A DNA stretch of 64,000 nucleotides from a virus. The stretch spans positions 3,917 to 67,916 of the IMG/VR virus record IMGVR_UViG_3300042691_010023. One strand, 5' to 3'. Of this stretch, positions 32,601 to 40,958 are shown one piece after another. The stretch's first letter is position 1. Every line of letters starts with the position of its first letter. Under the pieces are notes generated by a model. It was not told the origin of the DNA, made no database searches, and saw only the letters and a list, made by a program, of their open reading frames with translations. The translations under genes were made by a program, and so were the position numbers.

Positions 32601-35401
32601 TATCTAGTAGTCTTAATACAATAGGTCTTAATATAACAACAGGCTCAGCTATTGTATCTAGTAGTTTTACTGTTATAGGAACTAGTACAGTAACTGGATC
32701 TAATGTTATTACCGGTTCATGGACGTTGATCGGTGACGCTCAATTGACAGGATCAATATACCTGTCAGGTTCAATAATAATGAATAGCCTAACGGCATCA
32801 ATATCCGGTGTTGATTATATTGATTTTGATACGCAGTATCGTGTAGGAACGAATGAACCTGCTTGGAAAGAAGGTAGATTGTTTTATGATAGTGGATCAG
32901 GAGCATTATCTTTCTATAATTGGGAGCAAGATGTTACTTTAAACATAGGACAAGAACAATGGTTAAGAGCTAGAAATCAAACTGGAGTTCCTATCCTTAA
33001 TGGGACAGTTGTTAGATTGTTAGGAGCAATAGGTGATAGACCTACTGTTGAACCAGCTCAAGCCACAGACCAAACCAATACTTTTAGTACGGGTAATGAA
33101 ATCATTGGTATGGCTACTCACGATATTGAGAATGGCACTGATGGATTTATTACTACCTTTGGTTTAGTAAATGGATTAAACACAGATGCTTTTAATGCTG
33201 GAGATTTGTTATGGGTATCACAAACAGCAGGTGAATTTACTAATGTAGCTCCACCTCCTCCATATGACAGAACATTTGTAGGTATTGTAACAAGAAAAAA
33301 TCCAAATAACGGAACAGTATTTTTAACACCACTTACTCCTATACACTTCCATGATATATCATCAGTTTCTGCCTCAGTATACCAACAAGGTGATTTATGG
33401 ATGTATCGTTCAGGTAGTGCAGGTCAAGCTAATGCGTGGATTAACACAAAACAATTAAGTGGTAGTTACGGAATAACTGGTAGTTTAAATGTTTTAGGAA
33501 GTATAACAGGATCATTTACGGGTTCTTTAACCGGTAGTTTGTTTGGTACCGGTAGTTGGGCGTTTAGTGCTTCTGTTGCAATATCTGCATCATATGCATT
33601 ATCATCTTCATATGCTATAAGTAGTAGTTACGCGGTATCATCGTCATATGCTGTTAGTTCTAGCTATGCAGAATCTGGATCATATTCTGTTAGCTCTAGT
33701 TATACTGTATCTAGTTCTTATTCCATATCATCTAGTTATGCTGTATCTAGTTCTTATTCTGTATCTTCATCATATGCAGAGTCCGGCTCGTATGCATTAT
33801 CATCTAGTTATGCAGTATCTAGTAGTTATTCGTTTAGCTCTAGTTACGCAGAATCTGGGTCATATTCTGTTAGTTCAAGTTATGCTGTATCTAGTTCATA
33901 TGCAATTAGTTCTTCATATGCTATAAGTAGTAGTTATGCTGTATCATCTAGTTACGCCGAATCTAGCTCATACGCCGTGACGTCATCATATATTGATCCA
34001 CTCTTTATATCAGCATCAGCAGCCTTTTATGGCTTTGGTGCTGCAGGAGCACCTGCCGGCGGCGATATAACTGATGTAAATCCTGGATTAGGTATTTCTA
34101 TAACTAACTCGGCCGGTCCGGCACCTGAAGTAAGTTTAAATACAGGATCAACGCATTTTGCATTAGGTGTATCTGCATCAGCAGCATCTTACGGCTTTGG
34201 CTCTGGCATAGGCAATGTATTTCCGTATACAGGGCCAGCAGTTATATCAGGTTCATTACTTATAAGTGGATCGGGATTAGTAGTTACTGGCTCTATACAA
34301 TCTACCGCAGGATTTACTGGTAGTTTATTTGGAACTTCAAGTTGGGCACATTCGTCATCGGTTGCAATATCTGCATCATATGCATTAACTTCAAGTTATA
34401 GTATATCATCATCTTATGCCGTTACAGCATCGTATGCTTTAACTAGTTCATATGCAGTAACTAGTAGTTATTCAATTTCGTCATCGTATGCAATTAGTGC
34501 CTCATATAGTATAAGTAGTAGTTATGCAGAATCTAGTTCATATGCAATTAGTTCTTCATATGCTATAAGTAGTAGTTATGCTGTATCATCTAGTTACGCC
34601 GAATCTAGCTCATACGCTGTTAGTTCATCATATGCAGTAACATCATCATATATCGATCCGCTCTTTATATCAGCTTCAGCTGCATTTTACGGATTCGGAG
34701 CAGCCGGCGCTCCTGCAGGGGGGGATATAACAGATGTTAATGAGGGACTAGGAATAACTATAACTAACTCGGCTGGTCCAGCCCCGACAGTGACCTTGAA
34801 TACAGGATCAACGCATTTTGCATTAGGCGTATCTGCGTCAGCTGCATTTTACGGGTTTGGTGCTGGGACAGGTAATGCATTCCCATTTAATGGTAATGCA
34901 GTAATTACTGGTTCGTTAATAGTATCTGGAACGACTAATGGATTTAGTGGTATTACTGGTAGTTTATTTGGAACTTCAAGTTGGGCGTTTAGTGCTTCTG
35001 TTGCAATATCTGCATCATATGCATTATCATCTAGCTATGCAGAATCAAGTTCGTACGCATTATCATCTAGCTATGCTATTTCATCGTCATATGCATTTAG
35101 CTCGTCTTATAGTTTAAGTAGTAGTTATGCCGAATCTAGTTCATATGCAATAACAGCTAGTTATGCTACATTTGCAGAATTCTTAGTAGAAGCTACATCT
35201 TCATTATTAGGAGATAATAGCGCTACTAGTTTTAATGTAAATCACGGATTTAATACTAGAAATTTACATATTACAGTGTATGAGGATTCAACGGGCGAAA
35301 CGGTTTATCCAGATATAAGAAGAATAAATGCAAATACAGCTAGTATTATATTTGCTAACCCGCCACTCACAGCACAATATGTAGTATATATATCAATATA
35401 A
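26678..35401 (+). CDS. giant repeat-rich tail fibre / receptor-binding protein (~2900 aa)
   Basis: Start reassigned to ATG 26678 (after ATATTTAT and AAGGA). Contains YadA-head-like SHAEG repeats, TGS beta repeats, SSY hexapeptide arrays and a C-terminal fibre-like domain. Confidence 0.85.
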   Translation: MPLRKKIGYVGLKDLRYSVIDTDLVSRDYFNIVEFPSRLTAGKNLIKLRANPDNLVDRSQIHIEILDFNGDPIYYEPLNYTEKDGTRVIAIYIYPDTAPGRAVVYLAGRTAIDANTGDRYSFSSDYNDPNYLNTPNLIWTRSVAVAPNARNKSEIIFTKYPKVTLSEVVQPYLQPAELYNVYTQVTGSGTVRIEPIGVPTPTYGVGTATYATEARSSVEGAGSPRTPAFGTQFFNTAPNELALRESTGSTSTSPVLTTLTGFSKLRTSGFALNANMVGGIIEIVNPNIIPEGTAERGVTLSFPLDNGFLLPVSQRNDLTTIGSVVSAGQATPLSGSYKFAISQIVNSSTAIVSQIEGFRNPTDNTNGPWSVELTTIGGIPNAITTISASANFTASYTQPSVFTQTQRSSSFGDIILSDIEPVTGDVYKIKTLYKPSGFFGDFIDLGDTILEQQNILIDTGSYETNIAVGADYERYGSFEDLAEIEKYWTTASISSSGAPVNLWYPFKYNDTILMGGAELSMSYSTGVSPQGLDGFNIGEAAVFSINPIYAPLVYADTEYIVKFTIANNTNAASIMSADTNLPNHRLDVYISGSNVLVDKELINVQFGDIFTVPNFTNTITGEFRDNGPLGYRIGTYQTKPVPEALANVQFKFKALETKPIDLKFVTRNGSFIIADIELIVNKETGFSPNFTRVFKRVPSEHLDTPLTFKFQFFDYESKKAEMEVITYGAIFYGDNTYIQGTNNLITGSVYLSSGIGSGIEQSGQNSGYIRSVGYKGFLSASIPELSGSPGFMLWSGSVIPGSGDNYTGVGLELVADANNYLMFRTGPPSVFIVRTDSFFLGNANQFISGANGNIEISSSGFHLNTDGSVTASSALFKGVAKANIILDKTITIDADNSGSYLQYENDILPASLIPLEGYRVVLDGTLGGEIIRRFRIDCQLNYPIFDFKLPDVSGEAKLDIVMENAIAGNQVYDAFSPAGKGSGVTITDYPIVTLRTEDVLTFVAANANANDWYAIAGTLQPFSGYEFKRGVDVYNTFLVTGSNSRIRFRDDDGVLQFEVRRGTTGDFADKTQITINDIPAIDSLDPSDYNVVIRRLSNGRLYETSSLAFGGGGGGGGDVTDVNAGLGISVDTPGGPVVEVSLNTASAHFRNGVFKLTGSLLTTESFNTWTGSNLSQFAGTASFATTASYVTGSIYNSSNLALSASYAITASYALNAGTSTPAPSDTFIQYNQGDIFGASEYFRYQYISQSLLHGNEVSASGEFSFAHGSSSIALGPYSHAEGRENESFGKASHTEGYRSRTYYPGAFSGSLTNGTGSLLSYYANVASAFTVGNTFILKTVAEEFATNQIATITSASYDPGTGQTSFYLDAPIGGGDSILVIDTGLWGWDDSTTSPSGVPVIASAGNQNIGGDGAHAEGFLTIAFGSLSHAEGYGGQAIGAFAHAEGVNTIAYGLISHAEGDGTFTVGASSHAEGTGTQTWADYSHAEGNATKTFGTAAGSHAEGKETVTIGQYSHAEGVNARSIGYASHAEGTGRSGTLYLYSASLSTDNSSPPGGVAIVTLASSYGNVTSKFTVGNYLYFNGTPTTIGNTPALSNYVEVSLARITSVVWNNPVTIITLGDASANGVDLLYQAAIVNVAPYNPSAGLNTWIQPDPDVAGTPYGNDSNSPWAGDQIGNSNGAHAEGLDTLAIGQYSHASGQGSVTLGNYSQASGYYTMAIGQHDHAEGFATKAIGYGAHAEGIRTIAMDTSHAEGYETTAIGSGHSEGQGTYAANSGHAEGYYTRAVGVAAHSEGGYTTASANYSHVEGGYTKTYATYAHAEGSGSIAGNIGGAGIASHAEGVFTQTTNIGAHSEGRYTTASGIYSHAEGSSSVAFGTASHAGGLHTIASASYATTIGQYNKHNNTTALFTIGDGASNTDRHDLLNAGIGYVQISGSAVVSSSLETIGLSRVTGSMIVSNSLQLIGIGIVTGSFIISSSLNTIGLNITTGSAIVSSSFTVIGTSTVTGSNVITGSWTLIGDAQLTGSIYLSGSIIMNSLTASISGVDYIDFDTQYRVGTNEPAWKEGRLFYDSGSGALSFYNWEQDVTLNIGQEQWLRARNQTGVPILNGTVVRLLGAIGDRPTVEPAQATDQTNTFSTGNEIIGMATHDIENGTDGFITTFGLVNGLNTDAFNAGDLLWVSQTAGEFTNVAPPPPYDRTFVGIVTRKNPNNGTVFLTPLTPIHFHDISSVSASVYQQGDLWMYRSGSAGQANAWINTKQLSGSYGITGSLNVLGSITGSFTGSLTGSLFGTGSWAFSASVAISASYALSSSYAISSSYAVSSSYAVSSSYAESGSYSVSSSYTVSSSYSISSSYAVSSSYSVSSSYAESGSYALSSSYAVSSSYSFSSSYAESGSYSVSSSYAVSSSYAISSSYAISSSYAVSSSYAESSSYAVTSSYIDPLFISASAAFYGFGAAGAPAGGDITDVNPGLGISITNSAGPAPEVSLNTGSTHFALGVSASAASYGFGSGIGNVFPYTGPAVISGSLLISGSGLVVTGSIQSTAGFTGSLFGTSSWAHSSSVAISASYALTSSYSISSSYAVTASYALTSSYAVTSSYSISSSYAISASYSISSSYAESSSYAISSSYAISSSYAVSSSYAESSSYAVSSSYAVTSSYIDPLFISASAAFYGFGAAGAPAGGDITDVNEGLGITITNSAGPAPTVTLNTGSTHFALGVSASAAFYGFGAGTGNAFPFNGNAVITGSLIVSGTTNGFSGITGSLFGTSSWAFSASVAISASYALSSSYAESSSYALSSSYAISSSYAFSSSYSLSSSYAESSSYAITASYATFAEFLVEATSSLLGDNSATSFNVNHGFNTRNLHITVYEDSTGETVYPDIRRINANTASIIFANPPLTAQYVVYISI
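30470..32330 (+). repeat. ~14-aa GxxSHAEGxxTxA repeats (trimeric-adhesin head-like)
   Basis: More than 20 (S/A)HAEG-type units, interrupted by two non-repeat insertions. Confidence 0.85.
33560..35170 (+). repeat. three arrays of 18-bp / hexapeptide SSY(A/S)xS repeats in duplicated modules
   Basis: Arrays at ~33560-33990, 34350-34650, 34990-35170; 87-nt exact duplicate 33889-33975 = 34531-34617. Confidence 0.9.
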
Positions 35402-35556
35402 TGCCTAAGTTTTTATCCGAAATACAATTTGCAGCTACAGGATCAATGGAATCTCCAGATCCTGGTTTTATTACACTATATGTAAATACGGATGGAAACC
35501 TTTATGCTAAATTTTCAAATGGATCTCAAACAAGATTAAGTAATAATTTTATATGA
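35401..35556 (+). CDS. 51-aa adaptor-only protein (not in ORF track)
   Basis: TAATG-coupled to the fibre gene and ATGA-coupled to the next. MPKFLSEIQFAATGSMESPDPGFITLYVNTDGNLYAKFSNGSQTRLSNNFI resembles the N-termini of the two following proteins. Confidence 0.7.
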   Translation: MPKFLSEIQFAATGSMESPDPGFITLYVNTDGNLYAKFSNGSQTRLSNNFI

Positions 35557-36656
35557 GTCAAATATTAAAAAGTTTACAATTTGTAACTCAATCATTTACC
35601 GGCACGCCCAACACAGGATCTGTAGTTATATTTGCTAGCGGCAGTGCTATCTATTTTGAAAATGCATCCGGTTCTATTTTTCCCTTAGGAACTACAGGTA
35701 GACAAGAGTACATTAGAGTACTAGAGTACACAGGATCTAATCCAGGCGGGGGAACTTTAACTTATACTTGGAATAAACCTGACAATATAAAATACGTTCA
35801 AGTAATTTGTGTTGGAGCTGGAGGTGGTGGCGGTAGTGGAAGAAGCCAAACGGGTATTGCGGCCCGGACACAAGGAGGCTCAGGTGGCGGAGGAGGTGCA
35901 GTAGCTCGTGGTTTTTTTGATAGAAGAGATTTAACGCAAATTAGCTACACTATTAGTGTTGGCAGCGGTGGTGCCGGCGGAGTATCAGTATCTGGAGCAG
36001 CCACCGGTAATACCGGTATTGCTGGACAGTACACTACATTTGGCGGGACAATGGTTAGTGCCTCAGGAGGCGCTGGAGGTTCCGGAGGTCCTACAAACTC
36101 AACCCGGCCGGGTGGCCCGAGCGGTGTGGCTACAGACTGCCGACCAGGTCCAGCTTTTGCTGTATCCGGAGGATTAGGTGCTGGTACATCGGGTCAAGGC
36201 CCAGCTCTAGCAACAACTAACTTTTCTTCTACACCATTAACACATACAGCGACAGCCGGTGGTGGTGCCGGTGGAGGTTATGAATCACTTACTACTCCAA
36301 CATCGTACTCAGGTAGTGCAGGAGCAGGCGGATTTCAATGGAATACATTGCAAGCTAATGGAGGAAGTTTCGGTAAACCAGCCACTCCAGGAAGTGATAA
36401 TCTTGTAACAGCTGCAGTTCTACTGCAGTTTACAAGTAGTGTATTTACAACAACGTATGGTTTAGGTGGAGGTGGGAGTGGTGGTGATCATCGACTATCG
36501 TCAGCTACTGCTACCGGATATGCGGGTAGTAATGGTGGATTATATGGAGCTGGAGGCGGCGGTGGTGGAGCCATAAATGCTACCTCAGGAACACCTACAT
36601 CAGGGGCAGGAGGAAGTGGATCTTCTGGCCTATGTATAGTAGTAGAATATTATTAA
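35553..36656 (+). CDS. glycine-rich fibre/adhesin protein 1
   Basis: IKYVQVICVGAGGGGG...YTISVGSGG...GLCIVVEYY glycine-rich domain. Confidence 0.8.
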   Translation: MSQILKSLQFVTQSFTGTPNTGSVVIFASGSAIYFENASGSIFPLGTTGRQEYIRVLEYTGSNPGGGTLTYTWNKPDNIKYVQVICVGAGGGGGSGRSQTGIAARTQGGSGGGGGAVARGFFDRRDLTQISYTISVGSGGAGGVSVSGAATGNTGIAGQYTTFGGTMVSASGGAGGSGGPTNSTRPGGPSGVATDCRPGPAFAVSGGLGAGTSGQGPALATTNFSSTPLTHTATAGGGAGGGYESLTTPTSYSGSAGAGGFQWNTLQANGGSFGKPATPGSDNLVTAAVLLQFTSSVFTTTYGLGGGGSGGDHRLSSATATGYAGSNGGLYGAGGGGGGAINATSGTPTSGAGGSGSSGLCIVVEYY

Positions 36657-36659
36657 GTT

Positions 36660-37727
36660 ATGGCAAAATTATTAAATACAACATCTTTAGTAACACAATC
36701 TGCGCCCGCAACACCGAGTGCAGGATACGGCACTCTATATGCTAGCGGCAGTAGTTTGTTTTTTAAAAATAGTACTGGAACAACCTACAATCTATCAATA
36801 GTAGGATTGAGCAGTATAGTCATATACACTAGTTCAGGTACGTATACTTACAATACAGGATCGGGCATACAATATATAAAAGTTATTTGCGCTGGCGGTG
36901 GCGGAGGCGGAGCTAGTGGTAGAATAGGAAACACAAGTACAAATAGTGTAGGTGGCGGTGGCGGAGCCGGCGGTAACATAAATGTAGCATACTTTTCAGC
37001 TGCCGCTCTAACAACAGGGAGCTACACTGTAACTGTAGGAGCCGGAGGAGCTGGAGGCGGACAAAGAGTAGGTTCTGCTAATTTAAATGGTCTTGCAGGA
37101 GCCACCGGAAACTCCAGCTCCTTTGCTTTAGGATCGACTATTCTCTTAAGTGGATTAGGCGGCGCAGGCGGCAGCGGAGGAGCACTTTCTGCTGGTGGAG
37201 CAGGTGGAACCAATACCGCCCCAACAGCACCTACAGTACTAAATCCTTACCCACCATTCTACTACTCGGGAGTAAATGGCGCCGGCGGATCATCTCTCAG
37301 TGCTGCTAATACTATTTCCAATGCTTTTAATGGAAGTAGATTTTTAGCAGGTGGCGGCGCCGGCGGCGGTGTAAATACTGCTAATGCATCAGGATCCGGA
37401 AGCTCCGGCTCTGCTATTTACCAATACATTACTTTAATTCAATCCGGTTCTCCTGGATTGCCAACCGGTACTTTCAACGGTGATAATGGTGCCGACATAT
37501 TCGATGTTGCAAATTTTGCACTATACTATTCAGGTAGTAATGTAACTACAGGGGTATTAGTAGGTACTGGAGGGCATGGCGGAGCTGGAGGTGTGCCTAG
37601 TGGCAGAGGAGGATCTGGTAGTAGAGCAGCAGGCGGCGGAGGCGGCGGAGGATCGAGAATAAACAGCACAGCTAGTATTGCTGGTCCAGGCGGAGCTGGT
37701 TTTGTAATAATTTTTGAGTATTATTAA
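36660..37727 (+). CDS. glycine-rich fibre/adhesin protein 2 (paralogue)
   Basis: IQYIKVICAGGGGGG...YTVTVGAGG...GFVIIFEYY. Confidence 0.8.
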   Translation: MAKLLNTTSLVTQSAPATPSAGYGTLYASGSSLFFKNSTGTTYNLSIVGLSSIVIYTSSGTYTYNTGSGIQYIKVICAGGGGGGASGRIGNTSTNSVGGGGGAGGNINVAYFSAAALTTGSYTVTVGAGGAGGGQRVGSANLNGLAGATGNSSSFALGSTILLSGLGGAGGSGGALSAGGAGGTNTAPTAPTVLNPYPPFYYSGVNGAGGSSLSAANTISNAFNGSRFLAGGGAGGGVNTANASGSGSSGSAIYQYITLIQSGSPGLPTGTFNGDNGADIFDVANFALYYSGSNVTTGVLVGTGGHGGAGGVPSGRGGSGSRAAGGGGGGGSRINSTASIAGPGGAGFVIIFEYY

Positions 37728-37742
37728 AAATAAAGTTAAATT

Positions 37743-37946
37743 ATGGGAAGATGGGCAGTAATAAGATCTAATTATGTAATTGATGTTGTAATATGGGACG
37801 GTATTACTCCATGGCAATATCCAGGCAACTATGATACATTGATAGAAGAAAATACAGAAAATGTCGGTGTAGGTGATTGGTATGAAGCTACAGAAGGTGT
37901 ATTTTATCATCCAATGTCAACTCCGCCAGACTATCCGCCTGCATAA
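37743..37946 (+). CDS. small fibre-associated protein (possible assembly chaperone/tip)
   Basis: WAVI..YVIDVVIWDG...VGVGDWYE...F..P pattern typical of small proteins following Gly-rich fibres. Confidence 0.6.
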   Translation: MGRWAVIRSNYVIDVVIWDGITPWQYPGNYDTLIEENTENVGVGDWYEATEGVFYHPMSTPPDYPPA

Positions 37947-37973
37947 CATATTTATATACAAATAGGATAACAA

Positions 37974-39647
37974 ATGAATCTAGGTAACTGGCTAGCCAAA
38001 CAAATACTTACAGAAGATACTAATATTAAAGATATAGTAGCAATTTATCCAGGTAGATTTCAACCGTTTGGACAACATCATGCTAAAGCTTTCGAATGGT
38101 TACAGCGACAATTCGGAGCTACAAATACATACGTAGCTACAAGTGATAAGGTAGAGCCCGGCAGATCCCCATTTTCATTTAAAGAAAAAGCTGCTATTAT
38201 CAAGCAAAACGGTATACGTAATGTTGTTCAAGTTAAAAATCCATACAAAGCTGAAGAGATACTAAGTGCATATAATCCAGCTACTACTGCAGTGGTGTTT
38301 ATGGTAGGTCAAAAGGATATGGAAGAAGATCCTAGATTCCGAATTGGTAAATTAAAGTCAGGTAACGATACATATTTTCAAGACTATAGCAAACATAAAG
38401 GTGCTATGCAAGGATATGATAAGCACGGTTATCTAATTGTAGCTCCTCATATATCTCTTAATATTCCTGGATTCGGTGAAATGTCTGGCACAGCATTACG
38501 TCAAGCTCTTAAAAATAGTACACCGGAAACATTTAAGAAAATTATGGGATGGTTTAATCCCGCAGTATATAATACAGTTAAAAAAAAATTAGCTGAGTCC
38601 ATCAACGAATCTTTACTTACCGAAGGTGGCGCCGGAGGCCATATGGCACATCCATTTGATATACCTTCAGTTACTACCGGTAAAGACCTTGTAAAAGTAT
38701 TTGTACAGTCAACAGATTATTTAAAGAAAGGTCCAGCATCTGTTAAAATAGACGGCGTAAATGCTTCTATACGATTAATTACTGTAGGTACTAAAAAACA
38801 ATTTGTAATGGACCGTGGATCTAACAAGCCGTTAGATGTGAAAGGCATTACAAAAGCCGATCTGTTAGATCGTTTCGGTGTCGGTCATGGTATGATTGAA
38901 ATTGGTGGTAAGGTGTTAGATATTTTTAATGATGCAATACCTGACATTACCGCGCAACTTAAAACATTAGGTTTATGGGATAACCCAAACGTAATGTTTA
39001 ATATCGAGTATGTCGCCGGGTCTACCAATGTGTTATCTTACGAAAAGAACTTTTTAGCTATACATGGATTGTTGGAAATTGAACAGGTAACACCGACCCG
39101 TAGAGCTACAAAAGAGATTACTTATAATAAGAAGGCACTTCAGGATTTATTGAACAATTTAGCCCCAACTGCAACAGAATACGGCTATGAAGTTTTAGGT
39201 TCCGTCCCGACAACTTTAGATTCAGAACCAGACTTCCAATCTGTATTAAATAAAAAATATACCGTTATAGTCAACGGCAAAAAACAAACTAAAACTTTGA
39301 GTCAATGGCTAGCTAATGCGCGTAATGAAAAAGAAACTACAATTAAATTGGCAGATGGTAAATCAGTAGGTGCATTATCTAAACAAGTATTATTAGCAAT
39401 AACAAACGGTACTGATGTAGCTGAAATGGTAAAAGATCCTAAAGATATTGAAGCTGCCGTTAACGGTTATGTGTTTTATTTGGCTACAATGGAATTAGGT
39501 AATGCGGTATTAGAGTCTTTAAGTTCGCCATTAGGTAAGGTAAGTGAACATGAAGGTATTGTAATACGCGATCGAAAAATCTATTCTAAGCCGTTCAAAA
39601 TTACCGGCCGATTCATCGTTAAAGGCCTAGAATCCCAATTCCGATAA
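37974..39647 (+). CDS. fusion: HIGH-type (cytidylyl/adenylyl) nucleotidyltransferase + ligase-like nucleotidyltransferase domain
   Basis: IYPGRFQPFGQHH and MSGTALR in the N-domain; SVKIDG, NIEY, HEGIVIR, FKITG in the C-domain. Confidence 0.7.
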   Translation: MNLGNWLAKQILTEDTNIKDIVAIYPGRFQPFGQHHAKAFEWLQRQFGATNTYVATSDKVEPGRSPFSFKEKAAIIKQNGIRNVVQVKNPYKAEEILSAYNPATTAVVFMVGQKDMEEDPRFRIGKLKSGNDTYFQDYSKHKGAMQGYDKHGYLIVAPHISLNIPGFGEMSGTALRQALKNSTPETFKKIMGWFNPAVYNTVKKKLAESINESLLTEGGAGGHMAHPFDIPSVTTGKDLVKVFVQSTDYLKKGPASVKIDGVNASIRLITVGTKKQFVMDRGSNKPLDVKGITKADLLDRFGVGHGMIEIGGKVLDIFNDAIPDITAQLKTLGLWDNPNVMFNIEYVAGSTNVLSYEKNFLAIHGLLEIEQVTPTRRATKEITYNKKALQDLLNNLAPTATEYGYEVLGSVPTTLDSEPDFQSVLNKKYTVIVNGKKQTKTLSQWLANARNEKETTIKLADGKSVGALSKQVLLAITNGTDVAEMVKDPKDIEAAVNGYVFYLATMELGNAVLESLSSPLGKVSEHEGIVIRDRKIYSKPFKITGRFIVKGLESQFR

Positions 39648-39689
39648 GATAAGTATATTTATTAGATATTTATTAAAAAAGGAACTTTA

Positions 39690-40058
39690 ATGAAGTCTAA
39701 TGAATTACGCGACATAATACGCGAAGAGATACGTCGTTCGATAATCGAGTTAGGTACTAATGATCCGTCATTTCTACAAAAAGTCGGCGGTAGTATACGT
39801 GCACGTTTAGGTACGGGTAAAGCTATGTTAGATCGTGCACTAGATATGATCGATACGGATAAATTAGCACGTCTACCACGTCAACAAAAAATAGATTTGT
39901 TAGTAGCATTGATTGGACAGTTTGGAATTTCTGCTAAAGATTTCAATGCCATTAAGCCACGTGTACAACGTATGTTAGCTATGCAGGACGGTGAAGTGCC
40001 TGTACAAGAAGAAGGCGTTGTTAAAGAATCAAAGGTTGCAAAGAAAAAGCGTAAATAA
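39690..40058 (+). CDS. putative internal head protein (IIREE motif)
   Basis: MKSNELRDIIREEIRRSIIE N-terminus. Confidence 0.6.
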   Translation: MKSNELRDIIREEIRRSIIELGTNDPSFLQKVGGSIRARLGTGKAMLDRALDMIDTDKLARLPRQQKIDLLVALIGQFGISAKDFNAIKPRVQRMLAMQDGEVPVQEEGVVKESKVAKKKRK

Positions 40059-40059
40059 T

Positions 40060-40665
40060 ATGAGCAATAAGTTACAAAATATCAAAGCTGTTAAAGAATT
40101 ATTAACAGGGGCACATAAAAGCCAAACACGTAAAACTTCAGGTTTTACAAAAACAAAGGAAGCTACGAAACGTGCTGTTGGCGATGTATGGACTGAAATA
40201 GATCCTAAGTCAGGAACAGTTTGGCGCGTAGAGCAAAAGAATGGATACCGTACACGTATAGTAGATAATAGTATTCTACAAAAGATACGTGATATAATGT
40301 CTGTACCAGACACATGTCCATGTTGCAATAAACAAATGCGCGATGAAGAAAAACATTTAAACTTTAAAATGTATTTCATTCATAAAAAATGTTTTACATG
40401 TGTTATAAAAGAAGAAACGGCTATTCGTGCAAAAGGTAAAGACGCTTGGGAAGAATATTCACGTACACGAATGTTAGCAAATGCAGAGGCATGGGTTAAA
40501 GATGCTGATCGAGAAGTGGAAGCTTTACGTGAAGCATTAAAATTACAATTTGTTCAAGATGCTGACGGCACATTGGAAAATTGGGATCAAAAAGCTTTTT
40601 TTGAAAAATTTGATTCGGATTATAAACGTACTAGAGAAACAATACTTAATAATTTAAAAGGATAA
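40060..40665 (+). CDS. hypothetical Zn-finger protein
   Basis: Likely start ATG 40060 just after the previous stop; CPCC...CFTC. Confidence 0.7.
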   Translation: MSNKLQNIKAVKELLTGAHKSQTRKTSGFTKTKEATKRAVGDVWTEIDPKSGTVWRVEQKNGYRTRIVDNSILQKIRDIMSVPDTCPCCNKQMRDEEKHLNFKMYFIHKKCFTCVIKEETAIRAKGKDAWEEYSRTRMLANAEAWVKDADREVEALREALKLQFVQDADGTLENWDQKAFFEKFDSDYKRTRETILNNLKG

Positions 40666-40666
40666 T

Positions 40667-40957
40667 ATGGCTAGACCAATATCAAAAATATCTAAAGATC
40701 TTGAAGATGTAGTTTCAGTTACATCACAATTATCTAAAGAATATGCCGGCGCTCCTTCCGACAAAAAAGATAAAATTGAAGCACAACTTAAAATGTTGAT
40801 CAAAAATAAAGAAACGTTTAAATCAGAAATGCAAGAAGCTATACAACAAATAGATAAAAATATAGAATCTCAAATTAATGAAGTACGTAAACTTATCAAA
40901 GAAGATGCTAAACAACAAATGGCTAAAGCACAAAGTAAACTGAAAGGAAATTTATAA
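40667..40957 (+). CDS. hypothetical coiled-coil protein
   Basis: 96 aa, AAGGA upstream, INEVRKLIKED motif. Confidence 0.65.
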   Translation: MARPISKISKDLEDVVSVTSQLSKEYAGAPSDKKDKIEAQLKMLIKNKETFKSEMQEAIQQIDKNIESQINEVRKLIKEDAKQQMAKAQSKLKGNL

Positions 40958-40958
40958 T

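Noticed and set aside
33560-35170. CRISPR array or ice-nucleation-protein repeats
   Set aside because: The repeats are degenerate 18-bp in-frame coding units without unique spacers and lack the AGYGST octapeptide pattern.
26678-37727. Diversity-generating retroelement or invertase shufflon acting on fibres
   Set aside because: No reverse transcriptase, recombinase, adenine-specific TR/VR pair or inverted cassette is visible in this window.
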